This document shows, piece by piece, positions 13,301-24,893 of a stretch of DNA of 64,000 nucleotides. The DNA is from Ptychomitrium polyphyllum. Taxonomy: Eukaryota. The notes under the pieces are model-generated. The model searched no databases and was not told where the DNA came from. It saw nothing but the letters and a program-made list of their open reading frames with translations. The stretch lies in the NCBI GenBank assembly GCA_973851085.1, contig OZ316776.1, positions 5,270,001 through 5,334,000 of the forward strand, read 5' to 3'. How positions within the stretch are numbered: the stretch's first letter is position 1; each line of letters begins with the position of its first letter. The translations under genes were made by a program, and so were the position numbers.

Positions 13301-16252
13301 ATACTCCACCTTGCTTGACGGCGATTCAAAATGCACGCACTTATGAAATATTCCATATTCTTGTGGTCTATGTATATCATAATGGTATATTGAGCTCCTT
13401 TTAACAAATGCATCCACAATTGTAAGGAGTTCCTTATTATGTATATCATACTTGAATTTTGCCGCTAAAGACTTCCTTGAACGAGAAGTAAGAAGGTGAA
13501 TTCTCTCGTCTTCATCATATTGTGAGAGTACTGAGCTAAGCGCAAAATTTGAATCATCTGCTTTCAAATAAAAAGGCTTTAATGGATTTGAATGAATAAG
13601 GATTGGAACCAACGTGAATGACTTCTTATGACCTTGAAAAGTTTTTTCCGCCTCTTTCTTTTAAGTGAATTTATGCTTCTCCGTAACACGTGTCAATAAT
13701 GCTGCAATCTTGGAATAATCTTTGATGAATATCTTGTAGAAGTTTGCAAATCCCAAGAAACATTGAACATCTTAAATTGAACTTGGCGTACTCTACTCCA
13801 AGATAGTGCTTATCTTCTTCTTATCCATATAGATTTTTCTTTTGGAAATGATGTAGCCTAAAAATTCAATTGAGGATTTATGAAAAGGCACTTCTCTAAT
13901 TTGGCATATAATCCTTGCTGGCGTAGTTTTTCTAAGACCAGTTGCACATGACATTTGTGGTCTTGTTCATCCTTTGAATATATCAAATTGTCATTCAAGT
14001 AGATGACTACAAAATCGTCTAAATGTTCATGGAAGGTATTATTCATCATGTGTTAGAAGACTGGAGGGGCATTAATAAGGCCAAAAGGCATGACATTGTA
14101 TTCAAAATGATCATACCTAGATTGAAAAACTATCTTCCATTCATCTCCTTCTTTGATGCGTACAAGATTGTAGGCTCTTTTGAGATCAATTTTGGTAAAT
14201 ATTTTTGCTTGGCCAAATTGTTGTAGAAATCATGAAATTAATGGTAATGGATAGCGATTCTTTTTTGTTACTTTATTGAGGCCTCGATAGTTTACGCACA
14301 TAGATAATGATCCATCTTTCTTTTTTACAAATAGAATGGGTGTTCCAGCAGATGATTTAGAATGTTGAATAAAATCCTTTCCAAGGTTTTCATCAATATA
14401 TATTCTGAAGGCAGTCAACTGAGTTTGTGATAAATTATAAATAGGTCCAAAAGGTGGTTGGACTCCTTTTTGCAACTCAATGGTACAATTGTAAGGCCGG
14501 TGCTTTAGTAATATGTCCCCATTCTTCTTTTCAAAAATGTCTTTATAATCTTGATATTAACAAGGTATATTTTGATTAGTTTCTATTATAGAATTGGACA
14601 TTGGTATGGCATAAATGACATAGATTGGTTCGTCCTTTGCTGCTCTCATGAATGCCTTAGCTCCAATAATGATGGTCCAAGATTTCTCGTACCTTGATGT
14701 CTATTCCTTGAAACCATACTTTGTAAGCGCCAATCAATGTTTGGATTATGTAATTCAAACTAAGGAAGGCCCAAGACAATAAGATTTATTTGGCATTGAA
14801 TGATGTTGAAGACAATCTTAAATGCCTGGTCTCCTAAAACAACCTCTAAAGGTTGAGTTTCTTCAATAATATTGCCAAACGCAAGAGATTGTCTATCAGT
14901 AACTTCAATAGGTGCGGGGTATTTTTTGTTCACAAGCACCATGTGATGTTTTGTTGCAAAATCCTTGTCCATGAAACATGCCGTTGCACCAGTGTCTAAA
15001 AGTGCTTCATTAGCTATTTCATCATCTAATAATTTAATTTTAATAAGACATATAAAACAAGAGGTAGGGCTTGAAGGTAGTAAGAGACCTTGATTTGATG
15101 GTTGTTTCCTTGTGGTGTCTAGTCGCATGGTTCCTATAGTAACTGGATAGCATTGTTTTCCAACTCCACCATCGTGCTTTGAGCCTTAAAGGCAGATCCT
15201 TTGATTTGGCAATTGTGCATTTTATGTTCAGACTTGCCACAATACAAACATAGGTTTTCTTTTCAACTCCTTTTTTTTTTCTTCTGGAATCAAACGTCTA
15301 AACTGGGCAGCATCAATTTGCATAGGTTTTGGTCCTTGTAGTTGGTTATCTGATACTCTTGAAGAAGTGGTAGCCATGTTTTGATGTTCTGGTCGCCATC
15401 CCAAGCGTTGTTCTTGGCGCCTCTCAAATAATTTATTGTCATATGCTATTGCTTGAGTGATGAATTCGTCCAATGTTTCAACTCTTGGCATTGTGAGTAG
15501 CAAGTCCTTCACATTCTCTCTTAAGCCCCATGACAATCGTGTGACCAAGGCCTTATCATTCTAATCAAGGTCGCAAACTGGTTGTCAAAACTTTGCAGCA
15601 TATGTAGCAGCTAAGTGTTGTCCTTGTTGTAGACTTTGGATCCTTGTCTCAGCCATCTTTTCTTGGTCAAAGTTTCCAAAAGTAGATGTCAATGCTTCCA
15701 TGAAAGCATCTAAGTTGTTCAATAATGATGACTGCTTCTCCATTAATGGTACAAACCACAATAGTCTCCTGTTGATTAAAAAAGTGTCTACAAATTCCAC
15801 TTGAGTTGTGCCATCAGGATAGCAAAATTGATGAAAACTAAAGGAGAACCTTACTTGTTGAACAAAGCCTCTTAATTTTGATCTTGATCCATTGAACTTG
15901 TCTGGCATGCTAATCATTGGCTCTGCATGGATTTTATGTAAGCCTTATCTTCCAATATTGGCCTCTCATAATTAAACAACCTCTTGATATAGACTTTAAA
16001 AAATCATCATTGGATTCTTCGTCTTGCCAAGTAAAGTTTCTTGAGGTGGTGAAACTTTTCTAAGAAGCTTTCTATGATGAATGGAATCTTCCTAGGAATT
16101 TTCCTGAGGTAGTGGAACTTTTTAAGGAAATTTCCTGAAAACCTAAAAACGGCTATGGAGACATTTGAAAGTATTCTAAGAAGCTATTATAATTTACTAG
16201 AAGGTTCTAGAAGTTTTCTAAAGGCTATGTTGCATGATTTATGTCCGTGACA
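10389..16252 (-). mobile_element. Second family-D chromovirus (inverted), decayed; 3' LTR 10389-11033, truncated 5' LTR ~16030-16252
   Basis: Same LTR sequence as D in reverse. PPT at 11034-11047. ORF fragments match D: gag 15228-15917, PR 14760-15128, RT/RH 13177-14475, INT/chromodomain 11702-13089. The flanking 5-mers do not match (GTACC vs AATGC). Confidence 0.9.
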
Positions 16253-17610
16253 AATGCCGCCATAGAGAATTACCCTTATCCCATTCCGTTTATTGATGTT
16301 GTTATGGACTTCATAGCTGGGCATGTAATGTATTCATTTTTTGATGGATTTTTGGATTATCATTAAATTCAAATCCACTTGAACAATCGCTACAAAACCG
16401 TGTTTATTACCAAATGGAGAGTGTTTTTATGGATGGTCATGCTGTTTGGACTTAAGAACGCACCTCCAATATACCAATGGGCAGTCAACCGCGCCTTCAA
16501 GGATTATCACACTGACTTCATGAAAAAAATTTGGACAACTTTAAGGTTTATAGCAACATTGATACACATCTCGCTAAATTGCGCTTATGCTTTCTCAAGT
16601 GTTGCAAATTTGATATCAACCTCAATCTTAATAAATGCCATGCTATTTTCTTCTATATTGTCTAGCGCCATGCTATCGCAAAGCTTTATTAATAGAGTGG
16701 ACCAACCCATTGCTTATGCATCAAGTCTACTTAGTAAAGCTCAGAAGAATTATACCACCACCAAACAAGAAACCTTGGCCATGGTATACGTCATTACCTA
16801 TTGGAGAACAAGTTTGTTTTTTATGTTGATCACATGGCTCTCATTAACCTGGTTAATAAAACACAGGTATCCAATCGACTTGCTCAATGGTTGTTATTAT
16901 TTATGGAATTTGATTTTATTGTGGTATATAAACCCAGAAGAACTCACGCTATTGCACATGCACTATCCCGCAACCTTGCCAGTAGTTCCCCCACTCTCAT
17001 TAACAACAACAACGTTGATGCTTTGGTATTTAGAGCCGAGCCCAATTGGTTATATACCATTGCTGATTATCTTCGTACGAGTAATTTCTCCATCAACTAT
17101 ACCCTCAAACAACGCAAATGTTTAGGTTTTAAGGCTATCTCCTTCACACTTATTGACAACAACCTCTACCGCCAAGGCAAAGATTTGATTCTTTGCCGCT
17201 GCGTATTTCCTATCAAGAAACCACAAATCCTTACTAAACTCCATAATGGCGCTTTTGGTAGATACCTTTCAGTTCACATCACTATTCAAAAAATTCACAA
17301 TGCCAATTATTAATAAGCAATCCTATACAAAGATACTTTCAATCATTGTTGCACTTGCCTTACTTGTCAATAAACTGGCAACCTTACAAAATCCATAAAC
17401 ACCAAATTATTTACCTCTTTATTGGCCGAACTTTTTATGAAATGAGGCTTGGATTTCATTGGCCCTCTTTTTCAAACCTGACACCATGGTCATTGGTACA
17501 TCCTCCTCGCTACCGATTATGCTACCAAGTGGGTCTAAGGCATTGCCTTGAGAGGCAACAACGCCCTTGAAACCGCTTGGTTCCTTTATGAGAACATTTC
17601 TTTTATAATC
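16253..17610 (+). pseudogene. Family-G pol fragment (RT joined by deletion to RH, then the INT N-terminus)
   Basis: YPYPIPFID, SFFDGFLDYH, MLFGLKNAPP, PIAYASSLLSKAQKNYTTT, FYVDHMAL and LATDYATKWV. Paralogous to 7120-8800. Confidence 0.85.
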
Positions 17611-17692
17611 AATAAGAATCTTGACATCAATGTACTCCTCAAAATCCTTAGGTGTTAATTTCATTATCAAGTTCAAACAACAATGCCTCGAT

Positions 17693-18141
17693 TGTTATTG
17701 ACCTACCAAGTATTATATCCAATACTATCAAATTTCTTCTACCAATATTCCTCTATCAATGGTATTGGACATCCTTTGACGGCAACTATTGGACATCTTC
17801 TAATGGTAACTACCAAATCATAGTATTTATATGCTAATTCAAACAACAGTTGTAAATCCATATATATAAGATCTGAAGCACATATTAAAATCTCCAATTA
17901 AGACAAATAAAAGTATGCTATATCTTGTTTTTTGTCAATCAAGTTGTATTTAATGGAGTAGGAATCAATTATATCTTAGTGAATTGCAATTCTTATGTAT
18001 ATTCCTTTCTATTTTAGCTACCATTACCATTTTATTTGATATATATTAACTATAGACTTTTTCAAAAATATGCTTACGAATTAATTATTAAAATTCAATA
18101 ACTCCTAGTCTTTTATTATTCAACAATTATCAACCATAATA
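17693..18141 (+). mobile_element. Decayed LTR, family G
   Basis: TGTTATTGACCTAC...AATTATCAACCATAATA aligns by eye with 2557-3047. Confidence 0.65.
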
Positions 18142-18149
18142 TAGTACAT

Positions 18150-19160
18150 TAAGGCGAAAAACTTGTCTATGCACAAATCTAAGTGGTATGCAATGCCAAT
18201 ATTGGAGTCGATCTTGTTTTTGAAACTTGCACTCAAATGAGCTGCATACACAAACTCACAAAAAATAGCATTAGAACAAAGTCCTACCAAATCTATTTGG
18301 TATTGTTCAAAATACCTTGTTTTCAACATTTACAACCAAAAAAAGAACCAAGCTTGAAGATTATAGCTGATCAAGAGGAGAAAAACTACCAAACAAAGTA
18401 ACGGAGTCCGAAACAAAGAAGACGGCAAAAAAAGATGTTGCTGATGAATGGAGAAAAAACAAGATTGGCGGACTATAAGGCAAGCAGAGTCCGAGCGGTG
18501 ATTGGTGGATAAACCAAAAAAAGGGAATTATGAACTCTAAGAAAACTATTGATCCTACAATAAAAAAACCCAAATCCAGCAAAAGCAAAGATTTGTTCTT
18601 GTAATGGTCACTAAATGTAAAGGATAAAAATGTTCCTTTGAGTATTTCCTAGCCCGTTGGTCATTGTTCACTCAGTGATCCGCTAAACACTCCTTGATCA
18701 AAAACTATATTATAGTCCCAACTTCTAGTGTAGACTAAACAACTTTCAAATCAGCCTTGAACTATTGATCATAAATTAAACATCTGCTAACACACTTAGT
18801 GGTCTAGAAACAAAGAGAGAGAGGATGCAAAAAAAACTAGATTAAGATTCTAAAAGCATACATGAAATTTGCTAATTCTGGACTTTAAATTAAAAATTGT
18901 TACATGCCGCCTTTAAAAATAGCGCTACTTTATTACAATAGTTTATCTAACTAAAATACATCTAAATTCAAAGTTCTATTCTTATTGGTTATTAATTATC
19001 AAGGATTGATTTTCGATGGTCAGTTTCCAAGGACAGATTACTGAGAAGAAATCATTTCTTATTAAATATGTTGCATGGAAGATTTTCCGTAACTATCCAC
19101 CAATACTAACTTTTCATTTTCCTTGACGGTCAAGTTAAAATTTATGATTGTTGAGTATCA
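18150..19160 (-). repeat. Right arm of the ~1-kb inverted repeat
   Basis: Reverse complement of ~160-1175. Confidence 0.92.
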
Positions 19161-20177
19161 AAAACCTAGCATTTAGTTTACAAAGGTTACTTCAATATAT
19201 CAATTAAAAATGGGTCTTTATTGGAATATAACTTAATTAACCCAATAAGATAGCACACACTTCTAATTTTTTAGGATGCGGATTTAATTCTTTTATATTA
19301 GTGATCACAATTATGGATCTACATTTAATGAATAAATTAACAAACCAAAACTATCATTGAATATTTTTCAATAGAAGATCTTCAATAGTAATAATATAAG
19401 AATCTTGAAAAAAAATTTGGCAGCAACAAGTGTGAGATCTAATAGGCCAATAAGAATAATCAATACCAAGTTCAAACATAGCAACAGTTCATTATTGAAC
19501 TCACTAATTAGCTGCAAGTCACTTGGAAACGGCTGTTAAAGATTTAAAAATGTCCTCTTTATCTCTTTATGATATTGGACTTCAACAGTAAGTCTAGCAA
19601 TTCAATACCAAATGTATTCAATTCCAACAGCAAGCACGGACTAACAAGGTCTTTCATTTTTAGACTAACTACCAATAACAGAAGGTGTGCAAACAAATTA
19701 TAAAGAACTATCAAAGCCTCCATAACTCCTATACTACCATCTACAACCAAGATGCCATCATCCACCACTACCATCTAGAAAGACAACCATCCAATAATAG
19801 AATCTCCGATTTCCATTAGTCTCTATAATTTGGAAGACAAGGAATTTGACACCTTGATAGTAGCTATTAATCAACTATTAAACAATCTACTTAGTACTTT
19901 TAAATTTGTCCTCCCTACTACTTCTTGTCTGGTACTCATTACAGCCAATCCTTCTCTACCATCTTCCACTTCCTTTGCAAGAATAAAACTTTTCATTCCT
20001 CCCATGATTTGCGGCCCACACTTTCTTCCTATCTACCCTCATATTCCTATTCCCTCTATTGTAGATTCAATATCCACTTCCGCTTGCCGGACACTTCATT
20101 GACTTCAACTTCAAGAGATGTCAGAATAGCCAATTTTCTAAGTTTCCAGGAGTGGGCTTAGTCTAGAAGGGGAATAA

Positions 20178-20572
20178 TGTTACCGGCCTACTGGATCTTA
20201 CATTTGATACTACTGCACTTCTTCTACCGGTACTACCATTGATCTCTTCCTTTTGGTACTACCAGACATCCTCCAACAAGAACTATCAGATGATAGTTGT
20301 TAATCTATTAGTTCAAACAATGGATGTAATCTATAAATATAGGATCTGAAAAATGGTATTTAAACCTCCAACTTTCTTGATTGAAGAAGTAATGTATCTT
20401 GTATGATTAATCAAGTTTTATTTTAAGACTATTAAAGTGTGTTTCTTCTATAGCTTAGTGAATTACAATTCCTTTGTATATCTTTAGATTGTTGCAAGTA
20501 CTCTTTAACTTTTAATTCTTGTAAGCTTTGAGTTACAAATATTCTTTTATTTGGTAGTTATTGACTATAACA
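20178..20572 (+). mobile_element. 3' LTR, family G, preceded by a PPT
   Basis: AGAAGGGGAATAA (20165-20177) followed by TGTTACCGGCCTAC...TATTGACTATAACA, similar to 2557-3047. Confidence 0.75.
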
Positions 20573-23500
20573 TCTAGATTCTTCTAAGCATTCTTCCATT
20601 ATTAATTCTTGTAGGTTTTGAGCTACTAGAATTCTTTTATTTGGTAGTTATCAACCTTAATAGTGAGGTTTTCTGCAAGATCTATAAAACCTTCAATAAA
20701 ATCTTCAATCCATTCACAAGGATTTTGATTTACAAGTTGGAAATGAATGTAGGTCCAATCATCGGTTTTGATCAACTGGAAACGTTTTTCAAACGCAAGG
20801 GGAAGGTCATCCAAGCTCTCATAAAAAAATGGATGCGATGGAATGTGAACGAAGTATATTCTTTATCAATAATGATGCTACCGAATAATTTAAGCTTGAC
20901 AGAAAGACTTGTTTCTTTGTTTAAAATAAGTGCCAATAAATTTTTTTGGAAATGGTGTTTGGAACTCCTTTCGATTTTGTAGGTTGAATATATTAAAGTT
21001 TTCTAAATATGATGAAGTATTAGGGGAAGTACGGTTGAAGAGGGTGGAACTACTAGACCTACTACCAAATGGTGACGTAGTCGAGCGGTAGTAGTTAAGG
21101 AATTAAGATAAGTAGTGTTACCAACAGATATATTAGAAGAATTTAGAAAGGTTTTTAAAAGGTTTAAGAAGCTCCTATAGAAGTCACCTCGACTTAGGAA
21201 GTTTTTTTGGGAACAACTTGAGGTTGCTTGATTATGAAGCAATATAGTTTAAGCTTCTCAAGAAGCTACCAAGGCTTGTAATCTTAGTATATATAGAAGT
21301 TAAGGTGTGAGCCAAATAAAATCCTCCCATTAATTGGGAAGACCAATTGTCCACATAGTCCTAATTGCGTTGTAATTTAAGTTAGTTTTTCTAGTTATTT
21401 TCACGAGCAAAAAATCTACCTTCTCTTGTAAGTGGCCACCTTCCAAACTTACAAAGGTTAACTAATTAAAAAGCATGTGGCTAAATGAAAAGCTAAATGA
21501 AAGATGATTAAGTCCAATAACATAAATAGGAGAAATTTACCTTGTCATTGCAATTTTAATTCTAATCAACATCAATATCAACCATAATTTCAAAGCCTAA
21601 GGCTTCAAATGGCCAATGATCCACAAAAATTCAAAAGATAGCATATCAGCCAAAGGACCTAACATCAACAACATAAAACAACCAAATACTAACTCTAACT
21701 TCCACAATTCCAAGTTCCGCATAGGATTGTAGACCCCTTGGTGCTCAATTGCTCACTTTCGTCTTGTCAAGTCTTAAAATTGTGCCAACCTTAGCTTGTT
21801 GAAAATCTAACTTCAAGGCGCTTTACTTCCAATCAAAATCATAGCATTTTGATAGATGAAAACAAAGTTATGTCTCACCAAAGTTTGGATTAAGTTTGGT
21901 TTGCCTTGATTCTAGGCCGCAGACCCCTTGACTATTGATCTGCCTCCATTGCCTTGTCGAATCTTGAAATTGTGCGCCTTTTAGCTTGTTGGAAAGCTAA
22001 CTTCAAGGCCCACCAATCTTCAAAATTTCAAGTTTAACCTTTAATTCTAAATTTAGCTATGGCGGTTCAAAATTAGCCATTTTTTCTACCTAAGTCTTTT
22101 TCCCTATTTTTAGTCAACCTCTCCTTCTTCTAGCTGCCTCCTTATATTTCTAAAATTCTAATTTGCTATAAAAACTTCTAACTACTGGATACCTAAAGTA
22201 TTCTACACCCTCAATAGCTTTGTTTAAAATACCTACTTCTTCTTCTTTCAAACTACTTGTGTAGAATTAATAGTTTAGCTACCTTGAAATTTAATCCCAA
22301 ATCTAACTATCCTTTGTTCAAAAGACTAAGTGGTGTGCTCAACTAAACTTTGCTTAAAAAAACTCTTTCTTCTTGTCTCCTTACTTCCCTTTTATAGGAA
22401 GCCTCACTATCCTACTCCATTTCCATTGGTTGTTGAAATTCCTAAGCCATTTGACCCTAATCCATACTATGACTTTTTTCTAAATGTAGTTGCTAATCTC
22501 AATTCAGCCCCTGATCTAAATTTAGCTATTTTGTTAGATTTCAGCTATTAGCTTAAATGTAATTATTATTCTAAATTTAGGCATTTAAAAGCTATTATTT
22601 TTAATTTAGCTATTATTTCTAAGCTTCAATTGCAATTTTAATTTTAGCTATTATTCTAATAGTAATAATCCCTTATCTCATTACCTCACTTCCTACTTGT
22701 CTAAATTTTGAAAGTTATTCTCCTTTCTTTAATTCTCTTTTTTATTGGATTTAACCATCATAGGCCATGAACATCTACCACCTTAAATTTATTGAAGTTT
22801 TCTAGAAGTAGAGAAGAAGATTGCACAAGCATAGAACCACACAAAGTAGTACCAACAATGCTTGGAGTGAGATATTGCCTTCTCTTGAAGGCCTTTACTT
22901 ATACTACCACGTAGTGACATCTCAAACACCTTTTAAGGTCCTTCTCAAGTATCTTGCAAGTAGCTTTCCAAAGCCACTTGCAAGTTCCTTTATGCCAACT
23001 CATACATCCACTTGTCCTTGCCTTCCCATGCAAGACATATGGGTTGATCCTACCACGCTAACCGTGTACCACATATGTACCTCTTAAGTGGCTTTCACCT
23101 CTCCCTCTTTTCTTCTCATTTTCTCTCCTTCTGTCACGGACATAGATCATGCAACATAGTCCTTAGAATAATCTAGAACCTTCTAGTATACTAAAATAGC
23201 TTCTTAGAATACTTTTAGATGTCTCCATAGTCTTTTCATGTTCTTAGGAAGCTTTCTAGGAAAGTTCCCCCACCTTAGGAAACTTCCTAGGAAGGTTCCA
23301 TCATTTTAAGAAACTTCCTAGAAAGGTTCTACTTCTTTAGGAAACTTCCTAAGAAGGTTCCAACATCTTAGGAAACTTCTTGGGAAGGTTTTCGAGACTT
23401 CCAGAACATTCTTAAGCCTTGTAGGAAGTTTCTTTAGAAGTATACTAAGAGGTACAAACGTCATAGTATAAATAGGAGGCAAGACAAGATATTTCTTAGT

Positions 23501-23876
23501 CTTGCCAATACAAGTTGTGGATCATCTTGAATCCTGTCTTATTCTAGTTTTTGTGTCAAGTTCTTGTTAATCATTAGCTCTTTGGAAGCTAATTCTTGAG
23601 AAATACTTCGTTTCTGCTTCTTGTATTTTGTATCCCTAATAGTTTGGCAAGACTACTTTTTATCTCTGTCAGAGCTAAGGTTCTTTGAAGAAGATTGTGG
23701 ATTACCCATCTTCTTTAAGATTCCATAGGGTCTTAGAGGTTGCAAATTACCCTCCTCTAAGCTGGCACTATAGAGTTGATTTCTCTTTCTAGAACTAAGT
23801 ATTACTTCTTTCAAAGGATGTGGATTTCCTCCTTTGAAGGTACTCATAGTCTTTCTGTCTTTGAAAGTTTCAAGAA

Positions 23877-24893
23877 ATGGATAACGTGCCTAGAACATCA
23901 GAGAATAGGTTTGCAACTATTGTAGACCTCCAAGAGTTATTAAACACAGTTCGAACGGAACTCGCCCGTTTTAATACCACCAACAATTTGGAGTAACATA
24001 CTCGGCAAGCTGAAGAATCCAATGGTGATATTCAAAGCCTATATCAAGAAGTTGTTCGATTGCGAGAGGCCAATATTGAAAGGGAAGGCTTACGTCAAAT
24101 CCATGTAGAGCCAAAGATTAGCTTGCTAGACAAGTTCGATGGATCAAGATCAAAATTGAGAAGCTTTGTTCAACAAGTAAGGCTCTTCTTTAGTTTGCAT
24201 CAATCTCGCTATCCTGATGGCACTACTCAAGTGGCATTTGTGGCCATTATTTTATCAAACAATGCACTATTGTGGTTTGCACCCCTAATGGAGAAGCAGC
24301 CACCATTATTGAACAACTTAGATGCTTTTATAGAAGCATTGACATCTACTTTTGGAGACACAGACCGAAAAAAGGTGGCTGAAACAAGGATCCAGAGTCT
24401 CCAACAAGGATAGTGCTCAGCTGCTACATATGCTGCAGAGTTTCGACAATTAGCTTGCGACCTTGATTGGAATGATAAAGCCTTGGTCACACAATTTCGA
24501 TGGGGCTTAAAAGAGATTGTAAAGGACTTGCTACTCACAATGCCAAGAGTTGAAACATTGGACAAATTCATCACTCAAGCAATAGTATGTGACAACAGAT
24601 TATTTGAGAGGTGCCAAGAACAACGCTTGGGATGGCGACCAGTACATCAAAACATGGCTACAATTTCTTCAAGAATATTGGAAAGCCGACCACAAGGACC
24701 AGAATCTATGCAAATTGATACTGCCCAATTCAGACGTTTGACTCCAAAAGAAAAAGAAAGGTGTCGAAGAGAAAACCTATGTTTGTATTGTGGCAAGTCA
24801 CATAAAGTGCACAATTGCCAAATCAAAGAATCTGCCTTTAAAGCTCAAAGTACAATGGTGGAGTTGGAAAACGAGGCTGACCAGTCACAGTAG
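23877..24893 (+). pseudogene. gag: gag of chromovirus D, with in-frame stops
   Basis: PKISLLDKFDGSRSKLRSF motif, retrotransposon gag core (QSLQQG..AATYAAEFRQLACDLDWND), and zinc knuckle CLYCGKSHKVHNC. Premature TAA/TAG stops are present. Confidence 0.9.
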
